Below are positions 36,498 to 45,400 of a stretch of 64,000 nucleotides of DNA, one piece after another. The notes under the pieces are model-generated. The model ran no database searches and was not told the origin of the DNA. It worked only from the letters and a program-made list of their open reading frames with translations. The translations under genes and the position numbers were made by a program. Location of the stretch: assembly GCF_020832325.1 (NCBI RefSeq), contig NZ_JAFIEU010000022.1, positions 12,692 through 76,691 of the forward strand. The letters are read 5' to 3'. Source of the stretch: Lunatimonas sp. (GTDB lineage Bacteria; Bacteroidota; Bacteroidia; Cytophagales; Cyclobacteriaceae). How positions within the stretch are numbered: position 1 is the stretch's first letter; each line of letters opens with the position of its first letter.

Positions 36498-37532
36498 ATG
36501 ACCATATTAGAGCTTCATCGCGTTCATAAGAAATATTTACAAACCGATCAGTTCGCTGTAAACGACGTCTCGTTCCAGGTAAGAAAAGGAGAGATCGTGT
36601 CGTTGGTTGGAGAAAGTGGATCCGGAAAGACGACTTTGCTCCGCTTGATAGCCGGTCTGGAACATCCCGATAGCGGATACATCTCCCTGGAGGGCCAAAA
36701 AATCGTGGAGGGAAAAAAGTCTGTGCCTGCCAACAAACGTAACGTAGGCATGGTATTTCAGGACTACGCACTTTTTCCCCACTTATCACTGCTGGACAAT
36801 GTGAAGTTCGGATTGAAAGGCAAGGTGCCAGATCCCGACAAACTCGCAAAGGATACCCTTGCTCTGGTCGGGCTTACCGAAAACTTCAAGAAATACCCCC
36901 ATCAGCTTTCCGGTGGTCAGCAACAACGCGTAGCCTTAGCTAGGGCGATCGCCCCTAGTCCTACCATTCTGTTGATGGACGAACCCTTCAGCAACCTAGA
37001 CACCATTCTAAAAGACCAAGTGCGGGAAGAGATCCGGCAGATCATCAAAAATACCGGTGTGACGGCCATCTTTGTAACGCACGACACCCGGGATGCCTTA
37101 TCCACTTCCGACCGGGTCGCCATCCTGCACAAGGGGTACCTTCAGCAGATCGATACTCCCAGAAACCTGTACGAATTTCCGGTAAATGGGTATGTGGCCA
37201 ATTTTTTTGGAAAACGAAACGAGTTGCTGGCTACCCCTACCAAGGAGGGCTTTTACTCAGGTTTTGGGTTCATCCCCGACGAACGCTCCAAACTATTCAA
37301 TAGCCAAGTCCGCTTATGCTTTCGACCGGAAAATGTTCGTGTGGAGAAAGACGAAAATCAATCCATGTCAGGGCGGTTGGTGAAAAGCACCTATTTTGGC
37401 GACCACCAACTCCTGAAAATCCAAGACGAAGAGGGAAAAACGATCAAGGCCCGCACGCATACCAACCGAATCTACGAAACCAATGCGGTTATCTTTTTTA
37501 CAGTCAAACAGTTTCAGGTAGAGGAAATCTGA
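36498..37532 (+). CDS. ABC transporter ATP-binding protein (FbpC-like)
   Basis: Walker A is 'GESGSGKTT', the signature is 'LSGGQQQRVALARA', and Walker B is 'ILLMDEPFSNLD'. A C-terminal regulatory/TOBE-like extension follows. Confidence 0.9.
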   Translation: MTILELHRVHKKYLQTDQFAVNDVSFQVRKGEIVSLVGESGSGKTTLLRLIAGLEHPDSGYISLEGQKIVEGKKSVPANKRNVGMVFQDYALFPHLSLLDNVKFGLKGKVPDPDKLAKDTLALVGLTENFKKYPHQLSGGQQQRVALARAIAPSPTILLMDEPFSNLDTILKDQVREEIRQIIKNTGVTAIFVTHDTRDALSTSDRVAILHKGYLQQIDTPRNLYEFPVNGYVANFFGKRNELLATPTKEGFYSGFGFIPDERSKLFNSQVRLCFRPENVRVEKDENQSMSGRLVKSTYFGDHQLLKIQDEEGKTIKARTHTNRIYETNAVIFFTVKQFQVEEI

Positions 37533-37658
37533 GAAGTCCTTTCCTTTGCAGGTAGTAGGGAGACTGGGTTCCTACTGCTCCTTTTCCAAGCCTGGGTCTT
37601 TATTTTGTCAAAATATCTACCTATATTCAATCATCTAACCCATTAACCCAAGGGCCAA

Positions 37659-38861
37659 ATGACTAATAAGTTCCGATACCATGCTGTCGCTGGATCACTG
37701 ATGGCGCTTATGCTGGCTATACAAGCCTGTAACCCAAACCGACCACAAGATATCTCAACGACAGGCTCTCAAACCTTTGAGCCAAATCCCAAAGTGGTGG
37801 CCGAAAAACCCATCGCCACGCTAAAGCCTGGAGACCAAGCACCGGATTTTGACCTACCGGGCATCGATGGCAGAAACTATACCCTGGCCGACTTTGACGG
37901 TGACGTACTGGTCATCAACTTCACCTGCAACCATTGCCCTACCGCACAGGCCTACGAGGAGCGGTTCAACAAGCTGGTAGCCGACTATAGCTCCAAAGGA
38001 GTGGACTTTCTTGCCATTTCTCCCAACAGCCCCATCGCTGTACTTCCAGAGGAACTGGGCTACACGGACCTGAACGATGACTTCGAGGCCATGAAAATCC
38101 GGGCAAAAGATATGGACTACCGCTTCCCTTACCTTTACGATGGGGACGAGCACCATTTTTCTACCCTATACGGACCCACCGCTACCCCACACGTCTTTGT
38201 CTTTGACAAAAACCGAAAGCTTACCTACCAAGGCAGGATAGACGCCTCCGAAAAACCGGGAACGGGACAATCCGAGGATTTGAAGTTTGCCATTGAACAA
38301 ACGCTGGCCGGCAGTACGCTTCCTGCAGACCGGGCCATTACGCCTGCCTTTGGCTGCTCTATCAAATGGGCCTGGAAAAACGAATGGACCATCAAGGTAA
38401 ACGAAGACTGGAAAAAGAAAGAGGTAACATTGGAAAGGCTGACACTGGATGGCCTGAGCAAGCTGCTTGAAAACCCCAGCGACAATCTGCTGTTGGTCAA
38501 CTTTTGGGCTACTTGGTGCGGTCCTTGTATCGTGGAATACCCAGAATTTATTGAAATTCAGCGCATGTACGGAGACCGGGACTTTGAATTTGCCTCGGTG
38601 AGTCTGGACAATCCCGATTCCTTTGACAAAGCGTTGAAATTCCTCAAAAACAAGTACTCCGCGACAAATAATTACCTGGTTGACAACGATGATAAGTATG
38701 CCATTATCGATGTGGTAAAGAATGACTGGGACGGCAGCCTGCCCTTGACGCTGCTGATTGAACCCGGCGGAACGGTGTATGAACGCATTCCCGGCACCAT
38801 CGACCCGCTGGATCTCAGGCGGAAGATTGTAGACCACCCTATGATGGGGAGGTACTATTGA
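37659..38861 (+). CDS. lipoprotein with two thioredoxin-fold (TlpA/redoxin-like) domains
   Basis: It has the lipobox 'LAIQAC'. The first domain carries 'INFTCNHCPTAQ' (CxxC) and the second carries 'NFWATWCGPCIVE' (CGPC). Confidence 0.8.
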   Translation: MTNKFRYHAVAGSLMALMLAIQACNPNRPQDISTTGSQTFEPNPKVVAEKPIATLKPGDQAPDFDLPGIDGRNYTLADFDGDVLVINFTCNHCPTAQAYEERFNKLVADYSSKGVDFLAISPNSPIAVLPEELGYTDLNDDFEAMKIRAKDMDYRFPYLYDGDEHHFSTLYGPTATPHVFVFDKNRKLTYQGRIDASEKPGTGQSEDLKFAIEQTLAGSTLPADRAITPAFGCSIKWAWKNEWTIKVNEDWKKKEVTLERLTLDGLSKLLENPSDNLLLVNFWATWCGPCIVEYPEFIEIQRMYGDRDFEFASVSLDNPDSFDKALKFLKNKYSATNNYLVDNDDKYAIIDVVKNDWDGSLPLTLLIEPGGTVYERIPGTIDPLDLRRKIVDHPMMGRYY

Positions 38862-38992
38862 TTTTGTGAAATCGCTACAGTCCTATTGGAATAAGTAAAA
38901 AGATCTTACTTCCACACATCCGAGTCAGGCATGTCCCTCCTTCGGCCTAGGGCATTGCAGCGAGGGGTGGCCAGAATTTCTTTTGAAGCAGG

Positions 38993-39029
38993 TAAAAAAA
39001 TCCTGACTGAAATATTTTTTCAGTCAGGA
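38993..39029 (-). terminator. strong hairpin + T7 run (minus-strand intrinsic terminator)
   Basis: A perfect 12-bp stem, tcctgactgaaa / tttcagtcagga (39001-39012 / 39018-39029), with a 5-nt loop. On the minus strand it is followed by ttttttt. It lies 325 nt downstream of the stop of the 39354 gene. Confidence 0.5.
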
Positions 39030-39139
39030 CAGGTAAATTTGTCAAGAATAATTCATCGGCAAGGGATGATTCACAAAGAATTACTGGATTCATTCCCTCC
39101 TAATTGGCGTAAGTTAAAACCTATAAGAAAATGGCAAAA

Positions 39140-39295
39140 ATGAACAAGCTGCTGGTATCTCTATGCACGATGCTTCTCTCCCTTTCTGTCGTCTTGGTCT
39201 TGATTGGAGAGATATCTCTAATCCTATTCGGTTTTGTGGCCCTTTCTTTCACTTTTTCGGCGATACATTTTTATAGAAATTCGGTAAACGCCTGA
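39140..39295 (+). CDS. possible 51-aa two-TM small membrane protein
   Basis: This ORF is below the track cutoff: 'MNKLLVSLCTMLLSLSVVLVLIGEISLILFGFVALSFTFSAIHFYRNSVNA'. It is very hydrophobic, and there is no other support. Confidence 0.25.
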   Translation: MNKLLVSLCTMLLSLSVVLVLIGEISLILFGFVALSFTFSAIHFYRNSVNA

Positions 39296-39353
39296 CCCAT
39301 TTCTGGTAGCAGTTTTCCATTGTGCCTATGCAAGACCAAAAAGACTTTCCTAC

Positions 39354-40919
39354 TCACCTCACCCTAAATATCCGCTTACCAGACCATTCCTGACCAAACA
39401 TATCGGTGGTCCTGACCTCCAGGTAGTGGGTGCCGGGCGCTAGGCCTTCGGGTAATTTGGCCGACCATATATGAAAGGAGTTTCGGGGAAGATCCATCTT
39501 CCAGCCCAAGGCCTCATCCGCGCGTTCACCTCCCGACAGTCGCAGGTCCAAAAAGGGACTTAAGCTGTGCATCCATGCATTGTAGGGATCCGGCATGGGA
39601 GTAAAATCCATGGGAAGCCATTCTTTCTGACCCGAAACCCGCATTTCGACGGTAGATCGCTGTGAGCCCGAAAAGACGTTGACCACCACCTCCGAATCGG
39701 TCAACTTATCGGCGGGAATGTCATCTGCCAAGTAGATATTCATTTGGTAATCCGCCGGGCGACGGGCAGCCTTGAAACGCAGGGCGTACTCTGAACCGTC
39801 GATGTGTAAAAAGGTATAGCCATTTGGTGCCCCGTCGTTCATGGTAGCGTGGGGTATGCCTGTCTCATCCTTTAGCCCGCACCACCAACTGCCGCTGACC
39901 GTGGCATTGATAAAATGGTGGTGGGGTGTATCTCCCTGCCAGCCCATCTCTTCATCCACAAACACATGGTTCATCGTGTGGGTATGGCCTGAGATGGAAA
40001 GGGAATGCGGAAACTGCTCCAGGACCCGGTAAATGGCCTCCCTTCCCTGCGTACGTATCAGCGGGGCATGCTGTATAAATACCACCAATCTATCTTTAGG
40101 GATTTCGGCCAGGAAATTGCCCACAAAGGCCAACTGTCGATCAGTAAAGGAAGAGGTGTACTTTCCGTCCTCTGCATAGTGGATATCCCGCACCACGACA
40201 AATACGGCCTTTCCATACTCAAAGGCATAGGTGCTGGGGCCAAAAACGCGCTTAAAGGTACCATCCCGATCCTCGTCATTGGTCACATCCCGGTTATGGT
40301 CGTGGTTGCCGAATACGTAATACCAAGGGATACCAATCTGGGCAATGGACTGGCTCACCTCCGTAAATAGCGCCGAATCGTCGGCAACTATATCTCCCAA
40401 CGTGATACCAAAAGCCGCGTCTGTCCCTATGCACTCCTCCACTACGTCGTGGCTGACGTAATTGACTTCTTTGAGACCCCTAGCCTGCGGGTCCCCAAAG
40501 AGCAGCACCTGGAAGGAATCGCTTTCCTCCTGCTGCACGAGTGCGAAGTTTACCTCTTGGGGTAAGGGACCACTGGCTGCAACCCCGGGAACCTCGGTGG
40601 ATGGTGAACCTGAGGGCATATGCCAGTAATAGTATTGCGGGAGTTTGTCTGCATTGTGGGGAACTGCATAGCCGCTGGGTTTGATGGCAAACAGCTCTCC
40701 TGTGGCCTGCAAAGAAAGCTCGTAAAAACCCTGGTCATCGGATCGCACGACCCTTTCTCCATTGGATATCAGCACACCGGAAATACCCGGTTCATTTGCT
40801 TCACGAATACCATTGCCGTTAAGATCGTGGTATACATAGCCCTTAGCTGTATCCTGTGCCAAGCCCGGCAAGGCAAAACCAGCAAGCATCAAAATTGCCG
40901 AAAAGCAGTTAATTTGCAT
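39354..40919 (-). CDS. calcineurin-like metallophosphoesterase with N- and C-terminal accessory beta domains
   Basis: The signal peptide is 'MQINCFSAILMLAGFALPGLAQ' (ATG 40919). 'GYVYHDLNGNGIREANEPGISGVLIS' is the N-terminal domain. The catalytic motifs are 'FGDPQ', 'LGDIVADD', 'GNHD', 'IQHAP' and 'SGHTH'. Confidence 0.8.
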   Translation of the reverse strand: MQINCFSAILMLAGFALPGLAQDTAKGYVYHDLNGNGIREANEPGISGVLISNGERVVRSDDQGFYELSLQATGELFAIKPSGYAVPHNADKLPQYYYWHMPSGSPSTEVPGVAASGPLPQEVNFALVQQEESDSFQVLLFGDPQARGLKEVNYVSHDVVEECIGTDAAFGITLGDIVADDSALFTEVSQSIAQIGIPWYYVFGNHDHNRDVTNDEDRDGTFKRVFGPSTYAFEYGKAVFVVVRDIHYAEDGKYTSSFTDRQLAFVGNFLAEIPKDRLVVFIQHAPLIRTQGREAIYRVLEQFPHSLSISGHTHTMNHVFVDEEMGWQGDTPHHHFINATVSGSWWCGLKDETGIPHATMNDGAPNGYTFLHIDGSEYALRFKAARRPADYQMNIYLADDIPADKLTDSEVVVNVFSGSQRSTVEMRVSGQKEWLPMDFTPMPDPYNAWMHSLSPFLDLRLSGGERADEALGWKMDLPRNSFHIWSAKLPEGLAPGTHYLEVRTTDMFGQEWSGKRIFRVR

Positions 40920-41072
40920 AGAAATCTCTGTTGAAGTGTCATAGTAATACCTAGCAAATGCGGCTAAAAGACTACCCGACGATAAAAATTTTCCAATTAG
41001 ATAGGGCAAGGCATAACTTTTCTTTCAACGGTTTCCAACCTTTGAACGCATAATAGACTCTTTAATCTGAAT

Positions 41073-41609
41073 ATGGCAAAAGACTACTCTAACGAAAACG
41101 AACTGGTTAAAGCGTGTATTGAACAGGATACACATGCCCAGTTTGCCCTTTTCGAGAAATACAAGGTGGCCATGTTCAATCTGATCTTTAGAATATGTAA
41201 CGACTACGATAGTTCCAACGATCAATTGCAAGAAGGCTTTATTGAAGTCTTTAAAAACATCAAAAACTTCCGTCGGGAATCAACGCTAGGTGCATGGATC
41301 AAACGGATCATGATACGAAAAGTATTGAAAGAACTCCGTTCTGCATACCGTTTTGAGGAATTGGATGAACAAATCCAATCAAATGATTTGATGATCGACC
41401 AGTGGATAGACGCCGAAATGCTGGATTTGGCAATCAGAAGACTCCCGGAATCCTGCAGAACGGTTTTTGTTTTGTATGAAATTGAAGGTTACTCCCACAG
41501 GGAGATTGCCCAAATGTTAAAGGTAAGTGAAGGCACCTCTAAATCGCAGCTACATTATGCAAAGAAATGCCTACAAAAAAGTCTTAGCAAAAATTATTAC
41601 TTCAAATGA
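41073..41609 (+). CDS. ECF (sigma-70 family) sigma factor
   Basis: 'FALFEKYKVAMFNLIFRICNDYDSSNDQLQEGFIEVFKNI' is region 2, and 'CRTVFVLYEIEGYSHREIAQMLKVSEGTSKSQLHYAKKCL' is region 4. It overlaps the next gene in an ATGA. Confidence 0.85.
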   Translation: MAKDYSNENELVKACIEQDTHAQFALFEKYKVAMFNLIFRICNDYDSSNDQLQEGFIEVFKNIKNFRRESTLGAWIKRIMIRKVLKELRSAYRFEELDEQIQSNDLMIDQWIDAEMLDLAIRRLPESCRTVFVLYEIEGYSHREIAQMLKVSEGTSKSQLHYAKKCLQKSLSKNYYFK

Positions 41610-42331
41610 AGGACCCTAAAAACATTCCATGGCAAAACCTCCTGCCGAAGCACCTTCCGGATGAAAAGAATTGGGAACGCATATTGGAGACCAGGTCCAT
41701 GCAAAAGCAAATCTCTCTTCTAAAAGAGAAGTTGCCCATGCATCAACCCAAAGAGGGCCTTTGGTTAGGAATTCAAAAAGAACTTGTGCGAAAAAAACGA
41801 TTCGTAGCATTTGTCCGAATATCGGCTGCCGCACTGTTGATATTCGGGATTTGGGGAATCGGATGGCTTTCAAATCGGAAGACTTCCAACTGGGAGGATT
41901 TTCTGGTAACTCAACTTTCCAGCGACCAAACTATTGCCCCAATGCCCCTTACGCGTCAATTGGTCTCGCCAGACCCCAGGCAATCTTTGACGCAACAAAA
42001 TGACGTGAAACCCGTGCCCGTTCCCGACAAAACACCTAAGGCCTTGGAATTGCACTTAGAAATTGAAATTCCAAATATAAGTTTTGACAGCATAAAGTTG
42101 GAAGAACCCAAAACAGTGGTACCTGAAAACAGGAAGGAACCCTTGTTTGGAAGTAAGAAAACCGTAATAGTCCAGTGGGATGAACCCATTCGGAAGGTAA
42201 AAATTGAAGGATTTGAAATCGAACTGTCTGAAAAGGAACTGTCGGCTATCCAAGAATTTGAGAACAGAAAAAAAGGCAAACTCAGCATTCAAGTAAATTC
42301 AATAACCGCACGGCTTTATGAAAAATACTAG
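41606..42331 (+). CDS. single-pass membrane protein, candidate anti-sigma factor
   Basis: It is translationally coupled to the sigma gene and has one TM segment, 'FVAFVRISAAALLIFGIWGIGWL'. I did not recognise a domain in the C-terminal part. Confidence 0.45.
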   Translation: MKDPKNIPWQNLLPKHLPDEKNWERILETRSMQKQISLLKEKLPMHQPKEGLWLGIQKELVRKKRFVAFVRISAAALLIFGIWGIGWLSNRKTSNWEDFLVTQLSSDQTIAPMPLTRQLVSPDPRQSLTQQNDVKPVPVPDKTPKALELHLEIEIPNISFDSIKLEEPKTVVPENRKEPLFGSKKTVIVQWDEPIRKVKIEGFEIELSEKELSAIQEFENRKKGKLSIQVNSITARLYEKY

Positions 42332-42386
42332 TAGGAACCATTTATTCGTACCTAAGGGGATTGTTCAACAACAAAAAACATATCTA

Positions 42387-43139
42387 ATGAAGAAACTACT
42401 TACTCTTGTCCTCCTATGTACCACAACACAAATTACACACGCACAAATCAAAAGTAACACGCCCAACTATATAAATGCATTCAAGCGTTTTGTAGAGTAT
42501 AACCCCCAGTACTTTAGCGACACGCTGGAGTTCATTCTTCCAAATGCGGCAACAGTAATGGTATATTTTAATCCACAGGACTTTCAGTCAGATGTGATCG
42601 AGAGTAAAATGTCCGAATCACTCAAACATGCGGTTAAAATATCAGACAACGAAGTCAGAAACTACTACCTGAATCCAAATTTTTGGGAGAGCCAATTGGA
42701 CTATGTTACCAATGATATAAACCAAAAGTATGCTGTGCATAAAGTCGGGTACACGTTGGGTATACCCGTTGGTTTAGATTTCGTGGGGGGCAGACTCGCT
42801 CCCGAGATGGGTCTTCGAATAGTGGCTGGCTTGAAGAAGTTCGGTGTAGGGGCCTCCATTACAAATACGAACTTCTTTACTGAAAAACCTGAAGGAGGGG
42901 TGATCGTTCACCATAACCCTTTCATCAATGCGGAATTTGATATAAATCCATACAAAAGAGCCAAAAGCACTATTCAAGCAGGTTACTTGCTAAAAAGCGC
43001 TGGTCCCATATTCTCGGACAATACATTCAGAATTGCCTATCGATCCCATGTTAGAGGGAATATCCAACTAAACGCTGGCCTAATTTTTACTGAGAATGCC
43101 AAAACGATTATTCCCACGGTCGGCATACGGTTCTTTTAA
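42387..43139 (+). CDS. hypothetical secreted / outer-membrane beta-barrel-like protein
   Basis: The signal peptide is 'MKKLLTLVLLCTTTQITHAQ' (ATG 42387). It has alternating-hydrophobicity strands and a C-terminal '...PTVGIRFF' (terminal Phe). Confidence 0.5.
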   Translation: MKKLLTLVLLCTTTQITHAQIKSNTPNYINAFKRFVEYNPQYFSDTLEFILPNAATVMVYFNPQDFQSDVIESKMSESLKHAVKISDNEVRNYYLNPNFWESQLDYVTNDINQKYAVHKVGYTLGIPVGLDFVGGRLAPEMGLRIVAGLKKFGVGASITNTNFFTEKPEGGVIVHHNPFINAEFDINPYKRAKSTIQAGYLLKSAGPIFSDNTFRIAYRSHVRGNIQLNAGLIFTENAKTIIPTVGIRFF

Positions 43140-43789
43140 ACCAAACCCTCAAATACCTCCGTCAAGGAGATCTCAAACCCACTTACAGCCCTTGAGGCCA
43201 CTACGTCACCAACGGTAAAAAGTCTGGATGGCACATACTTCCCCTGTTCCAGAAAGTAGACCAGCAGGGTTTGCTCGTTGGGGTGGATGATCCAGTATTC
43301 CTTCACCCCGGACTCCTCGTATACCTCGTATTTGTTCCGTAGTTCCTTTCGGTTGTTTCCGGGAGAAAGTATTTCCACAATCAGATCCGGTGCTCCCACA
43401 CAACCTAGCTCGTCCAATTTACCCCTGTCGCAGACTACACAGATATCCGGCTGCACCACCGTGTCTATATCTTCATGCTTTCTGGACCGGACTGGCAGGC
43501 GCACATCAAAGGGCGCTCCATAGACCATGCAGGGATGTCCTGACAGGTAGTTATGCAATTTGGAGAACACATTTCCAAATACTTCTTGGTGGACTCTGCG
43601 GGGTGCGGCCGCAGCACGAAAAACCTTTCCCTTGATCAATTCTACCATTTCCTCCATTTCCCAGGAAAGGTAATCGGCATACGAATACGTACCGTACTCG
43701 GTAAAGGGTTCCTTTGCCACCGACGGGGAGTCCTCCTTTCGGTTTCCTTCGACCGTATCCATGGACTTAAATGGATCTTTTTGATTCAT
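43136..43789 (-). CDS. Uma2-family (DUF820) PD-(D/E)xK-type endonuclease-like protein
   Basis: 'ELIKGKVF', 'PDICVVC' and 'APDLIVEILSPGN...KYEVYEESGVKEYWIIHP' form the typical Uma2 core. Its stop overlaps the convergent 42387 gene stop (TTAA). Confidence 0.8.
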   Translation of the reverse strand: MNQKDPFKSMDTVEGNRKEDSPSVAKEPFTEYGTYSYADYLSWEMEEMVELIKGKVFRAAAAPRRVHQEVFGNVFSKLHNYLSGHPCMVYGAPFDVRLPVRSRKHEDIDTVVQPDICVVCDRGKLDELGCVGAPDLIVEILSPGNNRKELRNKYEVYEESGVKEYWIIHPNEQTLLVYFLEQGKYVPSRLFTVGDVVASRAVSGFEISLTEVFEGLV

Positions 43790-43862
43790 AACACCAATAT
43801 AGTCAACTCATTGACAATATCAAAGTCGCGCAAAACGAGTGCTGGAAGAAACCACTCTTTCG

Positions 43863-45395
43863 TCAATTGAAACCCTCCTCGTCCTCGTCTTCTTCCATAT
43901 CTCCTCCAGCACCCATGTCAAACATGCTGCTGAAAAGGTCCTTAAACTGCATCCCGGTATCCACCAGTTTTTTGCTCAGTTGGCTATACTCGGCCAAGCC
44001 GTGGAGCGCAAATTCCATGAAAAACTCTTTTTCCCGTTCCGGCAATTGCTTGACATTATCCGTCACCACTTTCTCCAAACCGGGCACGCCCTGAAGGGCT
44101 GTTTTGTATTCCTTGTCAGAGTCTGTGGCCAAAAGATCCAGCGTATTTCCTTCTCCAAACCAGGATAAGGGAAGCACATAGGGGTTTCCTTCCTTGGCTT
44201 TCTTTATTTGCTCGGGTGAGGGAAAATAGGACACAAAAAGGGATCTGATGGCCTTGCCGATCAGGTTATACGCCACTAGGCCGGCACCCTCTTGCTCCCC
44301 TTCGTATACCAACTCCACCTTGCCGGTGATAGCGGGAATCACGCCAATCAAATCCACGATGCGAACCACGGTATCTGTTTCTCCGTTTCGGTAAAGCCTA
44401 CGCTCCGCCGTGGAAATCAAATTTTCGTAAGCAGATATGGTCAGTCGAGCAGACACCCCACTTTTCTCATCTACAAATTCACTACTACGCGCTTCGACTG
44501 CAATCTGTTCTATGAGATCCTTCATCAACTCGGGCACGTGGATGCGATCCATAGGTCGGTGACTCAGGCGCGCTTCCTGTTCCGTAATTTTCCGACCGAT
44601 CGCGATGGTCTTTGGATAATGGGTAATGATCTGACTTTCAATTCTGTCTTTCAGTGGTGTCACGATACTGCCCCGGTTGGTATAGTCCTCCGGGTTGGCA
44701 GTAAATACAAATTGTATATCCAAGGGCAACCGGAGCTTAAATCCCCGGATCTGTATATCCCCTTCCTGAAGGATGTTAAAAAGGGCTACCTGGATCCTTG
44801 CCTGTAAGTCGGGCAGTTCGTTGATCACAAAAATGGACCGATGAGATCTGGGCACCAACCCAAAGTGGATGACACGCTCTTCGTTGTAAGACAGCTTCAG
44901 GGTAGCAGCTTTGATGGGGTCTACGTCTCCGATCAAATCTGCAACGGAAACGTCCGGAGTGGCAAGCTTCTCCGTATAGCGATCGCTTCTGTGCCACCAA
45001 GTAATGGGGGTATCTTCTCCTTTTTCACGAATTAGCTGCTTTGCTTGGGTGGACAAGGGCTGTAGGGGGTCGTCGTTTAACTCTGCACCGGCCACCACCG
45101 GTACGTACTCGTCCAAAAGATGCGTCATCATGCGGGCAATTCGGGTTTTGGCCTGTCCACGAAGCCCCAAAAGGTTGATGTTGTGCTTGGAAAGAATCGC
45201 ACGTTCGATATCCGGAATTACCGTGTCTTCGTATCCCCAAATCCCTTCAAAGACATTCTCTTGGCGTTTGATTTTCTCTATCAGGTTGTTGCGAAGCTCA
45301 TCTTTGATGCTTTTTGGGGTATATCCGGCAGCCTTTAGCTGACCCAAATTCTTAATATGTAACAATTCCTTGCTGGACAATTGGCTGTATTCCAT
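43863..45395 (-). CDS. ChlI/Mg-chelatase-like AAA+ protein with acidic C-terminal tail
   Basis: 'NINLLGLRGQAKTRIAR' is Walker-A-like (GxxGxAKT) and 'RSIFVINELPDL' is Walker-B-like (NE instead of DE). 'FVFTANPEDYTNRGSIVTPLKDR' is the sensor/Arg-finger region, as in ChlI/BchI. The tail is 'GGDMEEDEDEEGFN'. Confidence 0.7.
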   Translation of the reverse strand: MEYSQLSSKELLHIKNLGQLKAAGYTPKSIKDELRNNLIEKIKRQENVFEGIWGYEDTVIPDIERAILSKHNINLLGLRGQAKTRIARMMTHLLDEYVPVVAGAELNDDPLQPLSTQAKQLIREKGEDTPITWWHRSDRYTEKLATPDVSVADLIGDVDPIKAATLKLSYNEERVIHFGLVPRSHRSIFVINELPDLQARIQVALFNILQEGDIQIRGFKLRLPLDIQFVFTANPEDYTNRGSIVTPLKDRIESQIITHYPKTIAIGRKITEQEARLSHRPMDRIHVPELMKDLIEQIAVEARSSEFVDEKSGVSARLTISAYENLISTAERRLYRNGETDTVVRIVDLIGVIPAITGKVELVYEGEQEGAGLVAYNLIGKAIRSLFVSYFPSPEQIKKAKEGNPYVLPLSWFGEGNTLDLLATDSDKEYKTALQGVPGLEKVVTDNVKQLPEREKEFFMEFALHGLAEYSQLSKKLVDTGMQFKDLFSSMFDMGAGGDMEEDEDEEGFN

Positions 45396-45400
45396 GCTGT

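Noticed and set aside
38166-38837. A 223-aa minus-strand ORF antisense to the double-thioredoxin lipoprotein gene.
   Set aside because: The sense strand has a lipobox and two CxxC thioredoxin motifs. The antisense product has no recognisable features.
38931-39143. A 70-aa plus-strand ORF in the 38.9-39.35 kb gap.
   Set aside because: It reads straight through the perfect 12-bp hairpin. It has an odd composition and no start context. The region is more likely non-coding.
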